Origin: Reclinomonas americana ATCC 50394 | Lineage: Eukaryota | DNA length: 64,000 nt | Reading direction: 5' to 3' | NCBI GenBank assembly: GCA_048213135.1 | Contig: PS015022.1 | Span: 232,915-296,914, forward strand | Shown: piece by piece, positions 10,295 through 26,700 of the stretch | Layout of the letters: each line of letters starts with the position of its first letter | How positions within the stretch are numbered: position 1 is the first letter of the stretch | Notes under the pieces: generated by a model | What the model was told of the DNA's origin: nothing | Database searches by the model: none | The model's input: only the letters and a program-made list of their open reading frames with translations | Translations under genes and position numbers: made by a program

Positions 10295-13200
10295 ATGGCG
10301 ACGCACTCTCCGCCCCCTCGCCCAATGTCAACAGACTCGTTTGAGTCCACAGGCTCGGTGAGCGCGCGTGTGTCTCTGTGCGCCTCTCTCTGTGTGCTGC
10401 TCACTCTTGTCTGTCAGGTTGAGATTGACGAGTCTCTTCCGACTGTGCTCCCGCCCATCCTCACTGTCATCTCCTCGGAAGGCATCGGCGAGGTGATGGC
10501 CGCCTCACGCGCCTCAGGCAGCAGTGCATTCCGCGGAGTCACAGGCGCAGGCGGACTGCGTGTTCCCAATGGAGGAGGAGGAGACGCGTCCTCGTCATCC
10601 TCCTCTCCGCTCTCTCCCGCGGGCTCTGTGCCCTCGCCGCAGTCATTAATGACAGGCGTGCAAGTCAGCGCAGAGCAGGCGTGTGCAGAGGTCGACGTGG
10701 GCATGGCCGACGCAGACGACGAGATTAGTGAGAGTGCGCGTGTCAAGAGTCAGGGTGTCAAACGAGGTAAGAGTGTGTGAGAGAGAAGAGCGTGTGTGTG
10801 CGCGCGAGTGTCTCACGCGCTGTGTGTGTAGCTCTGGAGCAAAAGTACGCGGAGATCATGCGACTGACGGAGCAGAGACAGATGAGGTTGGCCGCCTGCG
10901 CGCACGTGTGTGTGTGTGTCTCTCTCTCTCTCTGTGCATGTGCTCAGCTGCGTCTTCCACAGGCGCATGGAGCTGGAGCAGCTGTCGGAGTCGCGCGGGC
11001 TCACTGATGAAGAGTTTCGTCACTGTTTTCGCGCGCGCACTCTCTCTCTCTCTCTCTCTCACACTCACTCGCTGTTGTTGTTGTTGTCGCAGGAAAGCGG
11101 CTGCGGAGAAGGTCTTTGTCGGAGTGGTTTCCACATTGGTGTCTTTTCGGCTCACGTGTTGTTGTGTGTGTGCAGGAGCTGAATGACATTGAGAAGGATC
11201 TGAGTCGCGAGCAGAGGTGCTGTGTTTTGCGATGTGCTCTTTGGAGTTCGCCGTTGTGCGTGCTCACTGGTGTTGTTGTTTTTGTGAAGGCGAGAGATTG
11301 GCATTCACGACTTTGAGCTTGGTCCGATCATTGGGCGCGGCGCGTTTGGCGAGGTGAGGCCTCCTTGTCTGTCTTGGCACACACACACACCTCGCACGTC
11401 GGTGCCTCTCTCTCTCTTTCTCTGTGTGCGTGGCGTAGGCAGTTGCAGTTGGGAATCTTTGTGCTGCACTTGTTTCCATGCTTGCACTTGTGCTTCCGAG
11501 TGAGAGTGCTTGTCGGCGAGCAGAGACTTTGCTGTCGCTGCTGCTTGTGCATGTCGGTGTGCCTCCTATGTGCCTCTTGTATGTGTGTGTGTGTTTGCGA
11601 GAGGTCATAGCGATTGCCTTTCTTGGCGGAGCGAGCTTACTGACTATTTTGCGTGACTTGCAGGTCCGTGTGGTACGCAAGAAGGACACGCGGGAGGTGT
11701 TTGCTCTGAAAATCCTCAACAAGGCCGAAATGTTTCGGAGGAAGAAGGTGCTGATGGCGTCGCTCTTCCGGTTTTTCTTTGGGCGACATTTTTCAAAAAA
11801 AAATCTGGTGTTCTCTCTTTTGCGCAGGCCAATCACGTGTTGGCAGAGCGAGATGCACTGGCAGCCGCCACCAATGATTGGATTGTGCGCCTGCATTTCT
11901 CTTTCCAAGTTGCGTGTCCCCCGCACTGGTGCCGGTATTGTGTGGATGTCGAGTGCTCAAAGGGAAAGGGAAACAGGACGATGATTTCTTGTACATGGTG
12001 ATGGACTATGTGCCTGGTGGCGATCTTATGATGTTGCGTCGCGATGCGCATCTCTTATGTGTTGTATCCTTAATGCGAAACTTATTCGTCTTCGTTGTGT
12101 CGTTGTTATTGCAGGTGGTCTGCCGCCAAGGGCACATTCTCCGAACCCGAAGCTCGCTTCTACATTGCGCAGCTGGTGGCGGCCGTGGAGAGCATCCACG
12201 CCATGGACTATGTACATCGGTGAGTGGTGGAGGGACGACTCTTTTAGTACCTGCATGTTGACGCTTTGGGTCATCAGTGACATCAAACCCGACAACATTC
12301 TGCTGGACGAGCGCGGCCATCTCAAGCTCTCTGACTTTGGCCTATGCCGCAAGTGCCGCATAGAGTCCGCCGAACCCGAGTGGTCCATCTCGCCGGCAGA
12401 TGTCGCCGATCTGCATGGTGTGTGTGTGTGCTCACGCGAAATGATGTTCCCCTTATTGATGATGGCGCTCACACGGTCAATCAGGTGACATGCACACTGG
12501 CGGTGCTGATGTAGATATGGCGGGGGCGAGCAGTCACAGTGACATGCTGCAGGCTACGTCGGCGCTTCTCACTTCGTCGACCCAGTTCTGCTCCCCGCAC
12601 GTGTCGGAGCAGGCACGCCAAGCCAAGCGTGAAGTGGTGCGCGCAAGCCGTCGCAGTTGTGTGCCTCCACTCGTCGACTGCTAACAGCTCTCCTCCCTCC
12701 TTCTCCCTCCCTTCTCCCTCCCTTCTCCCTCCCTTCTCCCTCCCTTCTCCCTCCCTTCTCCCTCCCTTCTCCCTCCCTTCTCCCTCCCTTCNNNNNNNNN
12801 NNNNNNNNNNNTCCCTCCTCTCGCGTACGCAGATGAAAACATGTGTTGGCACGCCGGGCTACATTGCACCCGAGGTGCTGCTGAACAAGGGCTACGGAAT
12901 GGAGTCGGAGTGGTGGAGTGGTGCGTGCTCCTCTCCTTACGGATCACCATCGCCTCTTTCTCATCCTCTTCGTCACAGTCGGTGTTATTCTGTTCGAACT
13001 GCTGTGCGGCTACTCGCCGTTCTACGCAGTTGATGCGCACGAGTGCTGCCGTCGTATTGTGCGTTGGCGCAAGTGGCTCAAGTTCCCGCGCGACATCCCG
13101 CTCACCGCCGAGTGCAAAGACCTCATTTTGCGCCTGCTGAACGATGCCGACAAGCGCATCTCAGTCGACGACATCAAGCGGCATCCTTTCTTTGCCGGCA

Positions 13201-13987
13201 TTGACTGGACGCGGCTGAAGGAGTTCGACGGTCCAATTGTGCCAGATCTCAAGTCAGAGGTGCGTGCGATCCTTGTCCTCTTTCTCCTGTTCCCGCCTGA
13301 CCGTCACCGCCCTCCAGATGGACACCTCGTTCTTCCAGCAACTGGCCGAAGACCCGAGCTTCCAGCCGACGGGTCGTCGCAGCAACTCGCCCATGCCGCG
13401 TGAAGAGGACTTGGTTTTCTCGGTAAGTACGCTTCATTCTCTCTCACGTTCTCTCACACTCACTCTCTCTCGCTCACTTCCTCCTCTTCTCTTGCTCTCT
13501 TTCTCTCTTTGTCTGTTCTCCCCCTCCCTTTCCTCTCTTCTCCCTCCTTCTCTCTCTCTCTCTCTCCTCCTCCTTCCCACCGCTTCCTCCCCCTTCCTCC
13601 CTCCTCTCACACCTCTCCCGACAGGGCTACTCGTTCAACCGCAAAAAGTACGACAAGCAAGGATCGCTCAGCGAGCTCGTTCAGGGCAAGGTACGACATA
13701 CGTCGTCCTTCTGCAAACTCTTTTCCAACCCGCCTCTGACTCTCTCTCTCCTTTTTTCGCAGCTTAATATCAGCAGCCAGAGACCCACCTGGAAACAGCT
13801 GTCGCTCGGCAACCTCTTTGCCACCAATCGCCGCCCTGCAGCCGCACAGGGTATGGCTGGTGCGCGTGCCGCCATGCTTAGCAAGCGTGGCGGCGGTGTC
13901 GGTGGTGGTCCCAGTGGCCTTCGCACCGGGCGCATGGCGGCTGCCATGAAACCGCGCTCGCTGATGGATATGCGCCAGGATACGTAG
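10295..13987 (+). CDS. NDR/LATS-family AGC Ser/Thr kinase (STK38-like), about 16 exons
   Basis: GRGAFGEV, VFALKILNK, NHVLAERDAL, LYMVMDYVPGGDLM, HRDIKPDNILLD, LSDFGLC, insert before VGTPGYIAPEV, hydrophobic motif LVFSGYSF, and an N-terminal regulatory segment. The start could alternatively be 10325. Confidence 0.9.
12693..12791 (+). repeat. Intronic 11-bp tandem repeat (CTCCCTCCCTT)n
   Basis: About 9 copies ending at an N gap. Confidence 0.85.
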
Positions 13988-14275
13988 AATAATCCTCTCT
14001 CTCTCTCCACCACTACTGTCACAGAAAAAAATACGCCCTGTCTTGCACAACCTGTTTCCTGGTCTCCCAACTTGTTTTTCGTGTTCGTCACTTGTTAGCT
14101 CTCTTGCGCGTACACGCGCACACACATTTGTATGCATTTTTTTTTTAGTCGCGAAAGCTTGGAAAAAACCACCGTGGGTGGGGTGTGTGGCGTGTGCGTG
14201 AGGGCATGTATTATGCATGAACAACACGAAAATGAATGTTGACTGCTTCTGTTACATTAGTTGGGATGGGATTGA

Positions 14276-17200
14276 TTATGAAAAGGTGGTACATGAGTGA
14301 ATGGCCTGCATCCACTCCACACGCTCCGCGGCCGAGAAGCACGCCAGAATGTACTCGGAGCGACGCGCCAGCTCGTGATTCGGCAACAACCGGATGGGGT
14401 ACACCACACAACTGTCGCCACTCTCGTCGCCACCACCACCACCGCCAGTAGTGCCACCACTGCCGCTGCCACCTCCTCCTCCTCCTTGACCACCACCACC
14501 ACCACCACCAGTAACGGAGGCACCACCAAAGCCAATGGCCCCGCTACCGGCAACCATCACACCCTGCCCGTTGCTGCGCGTGACTGGCGCACCGTACCCA
14601 AAATCAATCACCGGCAGTGTCTCTCGCGGCAACTGTTCGCACACGGAGTGCGCGCCAATGGGGATGAAGCCACGAGCGTGCGCGTCACCCTGCCGCGCAT
14701 AGTACACCAGGCGCTTGGCGGCGAGCGTCAGCTCAAAGAACCGCGTCTGGTAACTGCGACGCAGGAAGCCGCCCTTCTTCAGCATGTTGCCAATGAGGCG
14801 GCCGTCGGCGGTTATCGGTCGAGGGAGCGTCATACTCGCACGCTTGTCCGCGACGGCACGGAGCACGACGCCGGCTGAGTCGGCGAATGAATGTGATTTC
14901 TGTTCCCTCGCGCCACCGGCACCCCCCATGCTAGCCGTGGCGGCAATGGCCGAAGCTGACATTGCAGTTGGCGCCATGGTCGAGGCTGTGCCAGCCGCTG
15001 CGCCGGTCAGTCCACCGGAGGCGTTGCCGGCGGCTGCAAACGCCGCCAGCACCGTGTTGCCGCCGCGCAGAGAGGCCACCCGAGCACCCGGCACGGCCAC
15101 ACCGGCCGTCAGCGACGACAACATGAGCTCGTGTTGCTGTTGTTGTTCCTGCTGTAGTTGTTGGTGCTGCTGTTGCTGTTGGTCAGCGGCGCTCACTCCC
15201 ACTACGCTGTCCTCCTCGAGGTCGACACCAATCATGGCCGGTGGCGGCAGCAGCTGTGAGTTGCTGCGACTACGAGCACTGCGGCGCGGTGGTGACACGG
15301 ACAGGGAACGCGTGGTGGGACTGACGGCGGCGGCACTGTCATTCGAAGAGCGCGACCGCAACGACTTGGCGGTCACCACCAGCGCCGCGGGAGAGCCCAC
15401 TCGCTGCGACAGGAGGGAGCCGGCGAGCGGCGGTGTGGCCGGCTGCGACCGAGGCATCATGCCGCGACGTGACGTGTCGCGACTGCCTGTTTCGGTGCCT
15501 GGCAACGAGTCGCGACCGACACGCCGGCTGCTGACAATGCTGACATCGGCACTGAATTCGTCGCCACCACTGGTCGGCATCTCACCCTCTCCGCTGTCCT
15601 GCTCGTCGTCATCGTCGTCGTCGTCACCAGAGGCACCGAGCGATTCCACATCGGTGACTGAGCGCGCGTGCCGCAACATTCCAGCACCGCCAATGTGCTG
15701 CACGGCGGAGCGCGAGTTGCGGTGCTCCGCCATGGGTCCGGTCTGTCCACGCATCGGCGTACGCGATCCATGCCGCGTGGGCGTGCTGTCGCGACTGTGT
15801 GGCGGCGTGCACAGTTCGCTCGTCTCTGGGGGTGAATGCGACGCAGGCACATTTGCAAACTGGCGCACACGGATGCGCGGCTGCGACTGTGATCGACGTC
15901 GCCGCGACAACATCTCCGTGGTGAGGTGGCTCTCGGCCTCTTGCGACAGCAGCGCAATCATGTTCTTGTAGCCACGGTCCTGCGCGCAATCGTTGTTGTC
16001 AGCTTGTAAACAACACATTGTCTTCTGCGAGCGAAACCGCACCTGCGCGCAGTCCACGGCCGTAAAGCCGGCCAGATTGCGGATTCGCGTGTCTGCCCCC
16101 GACTGCAGCAACTCTCGTGCACACTCGAGGAAATTGTGCATCGCCGCCATGTGCAGCGCCGTGCTGCCGCTTTTGATTGTCTGGTCCGGATCGGCTCCAG
16201 CAATCAACAGCAAGTGTACCACCTTGACTCGATTCTCTTGCACGGCCATGAAGAGCGGGAAGGCACCGTCGAAATGCCGCGCCATGGTCAGATTGCAGGG
16301 CTTGATGTACACGCCGGGTCGCGGCGGCCTCGCCGACCGATGTACGTACTCGTCTGGCAGATTCTCGCGCAGCAACGCACGTACACAACCGACATGTCCG
16401 TTGTGCGACGCCGTGTGCAGTGGTGACCAGCCAGAGGCGTTGACGGTCGGATCGGCACCCCACGCCATCAGCAAATCGGTCAACCGGCTGTGTCCTCCTT
16501 CGCAGGCCAGCCCGAGTGGCCTGTCGTGGTACACGTGAGGTCGCACACACACAGTGGCAGACGAACTCTCGCCAAGACGCAACGTGACACCGTACGCAGT
16601 GGGCGAATCCAGCAAAGTATTGGCCCCGGCCAGCAACAGCAACTCGCACACGGTCAGTTGGCCGTGACTGGCAGCCACGTGCAGTGCGGTGGCAGCGTCG
16701 GGCGGACACCGCGCAGCCCAGTTTACCTTGTGCTCCAACAGCAGGCGCACAATATCCACAAGTCCCCGTCGACCTGCGGCGGCCCTCACACTTTAGAGGG
16801 AATCGCTTGACCGAGACGAACACACTCACGCAGCAGCGTGTACGCACAGCATTCGTGAAGAACAGAGATGCCGCGAATGTTGGCCGAGTTGACATTGGCG
16901 CCTGCGTCGACCAGCAGCCGACACAGAGCGACATTGTTCTTCAGTGCCGCCACGTGCAGCGGTGTCACCAACGTGATCTCCACACTGTCGCCAGCAAATA
17001 GTGAGCGACAAGAGAGAGCAGCTGAACAGCACAGCAAAGTGGGGACCGACCTGGCATCCACTTTGGCTCCGGCCTTCAACAACAGCTCGCACACGTGGTA
17101 GTGACCGGCCCGCGCAGCCACCCACAGCGGCGTGCAGCCAGCAGTGTCAACGTGTCGACCAATCTTCGGGTCGGCGCCGTGCTGCAGTAGGAAACTGACA

Positions 17201-19715
17201 ATCTCGTCGCGCCCGGCGGCAGCGCTGTGAATCGGGACGGACGGGAGTAAGCCACAAGAGGCGACGAAGAGGGCGTCATACACAAGTAGTATACGAACGC
17301 GTAATAGAGCGCTGTGGATCCCCGATCGTCTCGTACATCGACAGAGACTCCGCACTCAATGAAAAACTGCGACCATTCACAGGTCAGTGATCATGTTTCT
17401 CATGTGTGCGAGGAGTGCGACGGCTCACCTCGGCGATGGCCAGATGACCCATCTCCGCAGCCACATGCAGTGCAGTGGCGCCGCCCTCTCGGCGGGTGTC
17501 CAGTGCAGCACCGCTCTCCACCAGCACGCGACAGACGGCCAAGTGACCATTCTGCAGGCTGACATTAACAACAACATGCGCTTCTCTTTGCTTTTCTCCG
17601 TATCGCACGCACCTGAGCAGCAACATACAGCGGTGTGGCACCATCATTGCGAGCCTCCGACAGACTGGCGCCTGCAAATGCAAACGTGCGAGGTGAGTCG
17701 CAGTACACACAGCCACACACACAGCCACAACCATGCACTACTCACCTCGACGAATGAGCTCCTTAACGAGTTCCTGATGACCGCCCTGTGCCGCTGTGAA
17801 AAGACACGACTGGCCCGACTCGGAGCACGCGGTTGTGCATGCGCCGCGATCCATGAGTAGACAGGCGGTGAGCAGGTGTCCGCGTTCACAGGCAACCTCG
17901 AGTGGTGTGGCGCCAGTCTCACGCGGCTGATCCACACGCGCTCCGGCTTGCAGTAGCAGGTCACAAATGTGCGTGTGCCCATTCTGCGCCGCATGGTACA
18001 ACGCCGAGCAATCGACCTTGTAGCACAGGCGATGCACGTCGGCAGGCGTCTCGTGCTTGAGCAGCATCTGTATGATATCCGAATGCCCCTGCGCACACGA
18101 CCGTGAGCACACGAGTGTTTTCCCGACTCGCTCCTGCGCACCAAACACCCTCTCACCTTGGCGGCCGCCGTCATGAGTGCAGTCTCGCCGCTGTGATTCT
18201 GCACATTCAGGTCCACATTGTACCACGTGACGCCATCGCGCTGCACCGACCTGCACACGACATAGTGAGAAACACTCCCAAACTTTCACGGATGGATGCA
18301 CGCAACATGAGACGCTTGCTCAGGCGCACAGAGTGAGCCAGCAACTCTTGGACCACGAGCGAGAGGCCTTTTTGTGCCGCAATGTATAGCGGGCAAAGAC
18401 CGCGCGAGGAGCAAATGTTGGGATCGGCACCTCGGCGCAACAGCGCGGCCACGATTGCCGGGTGGTTGTGATAAGCTGCCGAACGACGATCAATTCACAA
18501 GCGCCCATTAGCATCATATACACGTACACACACACCTGCCAAGATCAGCGGCGTCATGCCATCGCGACTCATCACATTGACGGCACGAGTGGCACGCGGA
18601 TCCGCGAGAAGCGCATGCATGGTGTCCTCGTGGCCATTCTGTGCGGCCACGTGCAGCGGTGTGGCGGCCCATCGACCCGACGGCGCAGTCGTGTTGCCAC
18701 CGGCCTCCAGCAGCCGCGCCGCAATCTCAGTGTAGCCACGCTGAGCGGCCACAAACAGCGGCGTGATCACGGTGGCATGCCGACTCGTGCCCGCCAGCGA
18801 TCCCGGCCCACCGGCCGAGGTCGACGGACCGTACGCTTGTGCGGCTTCCACAAGACGCTCCAGCGGCCACAATGTTCGCAACACGCCCTCTGCAGCTCCC
18901 GCCGGCTGCCCAGCACAGTGAAGCACGAGTGAGAAGACTGCGACTGCCAAATGCGCTTCCACCCCACCGCCCTCCACATTCACCATTTCGCGATCTGTGG
19001 GCTTGCGAGCAATCGCCTGCCGATACGAGTCAAGCAGCACTCTGACCAGCGGCTCATTGCCCGACTGCACCGCCGCAAACAACGTCGCCCCATTGTGCTG
19101 ATTGACCGGGTCCGGCCACGCTCCCGCTCGAATGAGACAGTTGGCGAGCTTGAGCGCATGCGCATGATCCTTGCCTCGCAGCGCCGCCTCCGACTCCACC
19201 TGCTCCTCATTCACCTCTGTCTCCCCGTTCTGCTGGCGCCCTCCACCCGTGGGCGTGTCAGGCAGTCCATCCGACGACAGAAACCTCGCGCGATGCTCGG
19301 CCGACATGAACGAGCACGCGGTGGCAAGTGGAGTCAACACAATCGACGAGGACGAGGCTCCAGTGGGATTCGCGCCCGCACGCAGCAGTCGCTCCACAAT
19401 GTCGTCGAAGCCTCCGCGCACTTTGGGCAACACCAAGTCAGAGTCTTTTTCTCTCTCTCTCTCTTCTCACACACACACTCGCTCTCACCAGCAGCAGTGA
19501 GTGGCTTTTGTCCGAGGAGGGCCGCGGAGGTGTGCAATGCAGCGAGCTCATCGCGGTGATCTGTGTGTGTGAGAGAGAGTGTGAGAGTGCATGCATAAGC
19601 AAGTCTCTCTCTCTCTCTGTGTGCGCGTACCCTCGAGAATGCGGTCCACTCGACTGGCATCGCCTGAGCGACATGCGTCGGTGAGCTCCACAAAGAGACG
19701 CGAGGACGCGGGCAT
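14276..19715 (-). CDS. Multi-ankyrin-repeat protein with low-complexity linker and C-terminal PH domain
   Basis: Many TPLHxAA-type repeats (TPLFVAAQRG, TPLHVAAQNG, TPLWVAARAG, TALHMAAMHN). PH domain GNMLKKGGFLRRSYQTRFFEL..LVYY..ARGFI...ERVEWMQAI. Start ATG at 19715 is inferred. Confidence 0.85.
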
Positions 19716-19922
19716 TGTGTGCTGGTTGCGCACGCGCGCGCACGGTGTTGACTGCTGGATTGTGGCTGGGACAACTTCGTTCGGAGAAATGGTGTATTCC
19801 GAGAAAGAGAGAAGCTTTATACACGTGCCTTGCCCGGGAAGGAGCGCCACGCCTTCTCCGAGCGCGTCTTTTTAAAAAACAAACAACAACAACGAACGCG
19901 AGAGACCATCGTCGTGGTGGTC

Positions 19923-23574
<3,652 letters not shown>

Positions 23575-23782
23575 GGTCGCGGGGTGTGCGTGTCGCAACC
23601 TCGTAAAAGTGATGTGTGTGCGTGCCGCGTACAATGCAGCTCGCGCGGGCCTTTTCTGTCACCCATTGTCCATTTCTGACTTTGATCACGCACGTGTGAG
23701 AGGCATAGCTTTGCCACACAGAAGCCCGCTCGACAAGAAGAAGAAGAAGAAGACGTCCTTTTTCCTCTTCCGTTGATCACAA

Positions 23783-26700
23783 ATGAGCGATGGTCTTGTG
23801 TGGAGTGTGGGCCTTCCGCCTGTGCTCTTTGATGTGCCGCTCTTCCGGGAGCAAGTCGAGTCGTCGACTTTGGCGCTGGTGGCCAGTGTGCGGGAGCGAG
23901 TTGCGACACGCTGTTGTTTTTTTGCACTTTTGTCTGATATCGAACTCATTTGTGTGGCACCAGGCACACTCGCAACTGAGTATGCTGCTGGTGCGGTTGA
24001 ATGAGGGCGATGTGGCGGGGATGGCGGAGGAGGAGAGACAAGTGCACGCGGAACATTTGGCCTTGTTTGCACAATTGTGTGTTCGACGATTGCAGCGCAC
24101 GCTTCCGACCGAGTCGCAGACGAGCACTCTGCGTTTGGATGGGCGTCTCTTTGTGCCGGGCAAGGTTTACTCACTCTCACACACCGACGCTCGTTGTTGT
24201 GCACTGCCGCTCACACCTCCACGTGTGTGTCAGGAAACCATGTTCCTGGTGCACTTGGCGCATGCGATTGATCCGGGGATCTGCTTTCGTGGCGACGAAT
24301 CCTTGTCGGTGGTTCTCCGCGCATGTAGCTTTCTCCTGTCGTCGGCGTCGCTGGCGGGCTTGGCCGGAAACGGGCGACGCGGATCGCAGGATGTGCCGAC
24401 GGTCACTGGTGGCAGCGGATCGAACATGGCGACGGTGCCGCGGCCTTCCGACGCCATTGCCTTCCAGGGTCACATGTGTGCACAAAAGATTCTGCTGGTC
24501 GAGTGCTTGACTCCGCCGCTGGCGCGTCTGTTGGGCGAGCTGTTGGCAGAGTGCGCGTCGCAGCCGGCGCTGGCGTGTCCGGTGGTGCTGGCCACGCTGG
24601 ATGTCGGCTGCAGTCATGACGAGGTCACTGCGTCGCTGCGTGGCAGCTGCACGCCGCAGTCGACGCGTGCTCTGGCGATCGAGCAGGTGGCGGTGTTGCC
24701 AGCGTCGCATGGTGGAGGCTGGACGCCCGCTCAATGTCTGCGCTACTGGAAGTCGTTGCACGTGCCGGGCCGCTTCTTGACGCGCGATCTGGCGGTCGTG
24801 TTGGCGCCGTGTCTGCGCGGCGACCTCGTGTCTCTCATCCACATGGGAAGCTTCATGCAGTCGTGCATGCCGGTGGTGGGGCCGAGGGAACTCAACTTTC
24901 TGGTGGAGGAGTTCTCCAGCGAGGTCTCCAAGATGAAGCCTGTGCTGCTGGCGGTGAGTGAGTGTGTGTGTGTGTGTGTTGGTGGTGATGGAATGCGCGT
25001 GTCGGTTCCAAGGCCTCACGCCGTGTCACCACCAGAATGCACCACATCCGCGTCGGTGTGTGGGCATCGGCATCCTCATGGGCACGCTGGAGCCACTGTC
25101 GCTCCGCTTGCTCTCGTTGATGTCGATGTTGCCGCCGGGCGTGCCGATCGACTCACACTCGCTGTACTTGGCCCTGCACGTCAATCTGGCCACGGGTGCT
25201 GTGGAGGCACCGCGCGCGCACTCGGATGGCGACGACGGCGAAGACGACTCACCGGGACTCAATCTGCACGTTGCCGATGCGACGCTGTTGTGTCGGTACG
25301 AGCACTCCTCATCCGACGTGCTTTACTCCACGCAGCGTTACTCATCTGTACCACAGCACGCCACATGCCGTGCACGAAGCGCTGCAGCGACTGTGCTCGT
25401 TGAATCTGGTGGAACTGACTGGCTATCGACTGTCACTGGACCCGACGAACGACAGTGCGGCCATTGACATTGCACTCAGCGGCAGTGACCCCGTGCGGGT
25501 GGTGCGCCGCACTGAGTTGCCAACGGAGACCATCAAGTGGATCAATGCCGACCCCGAGTCCACGGCCGAAGACGAGGCCGCCGCTGAACACTTTGCCATG
25601 ATGCCACCAAGTGCGGCAGCGTCCACTCGCTCCTCCTCGTCCTCCTCTTCTCAGCGCTCGGCGTCATCGACCTGGCGTGCAATGGCGCCGTCGGGCGCGG
25701 CACTCCCTCCGCCTCCATCTGCGTCGGTGCGATGGCAATGGTCGCGCTCCAAGAGCTCCAGCTCTGACGTGCAGGTTTGCGTGCCAGTCACAATCAGTTG
25801 TCGTTTGATTCTGCAGGCTCACTACATTGCGTTGTCGCCTTCTGCAGTCACCCACAGGCTCAGCATCACGATCTCCGTCGGCGACCGCGGCGGGGGCCGA
25901 GGCTGACGAGACTGACATGCAGGCGCTGGACTGCTGGGTGCCGGTGTATCGACTGTCGCCTGCCGTGCGGCAATTCGTCTTGTCGCGAGATCGCGCTGTC
26001 GGGTGCGCGTAATGTCGCAGTGCTGGATTATTCTCACAACATGTGTCACTGACTGGGCGTACGCACTCAGGGAGCAAATAAGTGCGCACGGTCTCGCTGT
26101 GCAGCGACCGAATGCCAACTTTAAGCGCATGGCGAGTTTCGACAGTGCCGAGGTCTCACTGCATCATCGTGTGGCCAGTCTGTCGTCACCAACGGGTATG
26201 TGGATTCGACGTCGCTCGAGTTTGTCTTTGATGATAGAATGTCTTTCACCATCATTTGCGCACCCTTATTGCAGCGGCATTTGTGCCGAGTCGTGTGTCG
26301 GTGCATGAAACGGATGCTCACTTGCGCTGCCGTCTGGTGTGCGCCTACATGACGGTGCTGCGGAGCGTCTGTGAGCGGTTAACACACGGCACCGCCGAGG
26401 AGGCCGCCTCTGCATTGCGCGCTCTGGCCTCCCACTCTGCATCGTTCCACTATTGGGTGGTGGATGCGCTGTCGGCCGATGCCGCCGCTCACATGCAGCC
26501 ACCAATGTCGCCGACCAATGCTGCCAGCGACCAGAATCCCTCACTGGTGAACTGGCTGGCCAAGAGAGCAGCCGGTCTCTGTCTGCACGAGCTGGATGCC
26601 GAAGCGCTGCTGCATTGCTTCTCTCCGGCCAGCATACTTTCGTCACTTGGTCGCGTGCTGTTGCTGGTGGCTGCGCGAGGTAACAGCCGTGGTGTTCGCT

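Noticed and set aside
14784-15971. Long antisense ORFs (also 60246-61013, 61919-63088 and many opposite dynein)
   Set aside because: They are shadows of GC-rich coding sequence on the other strand, with no recognisable motifs.
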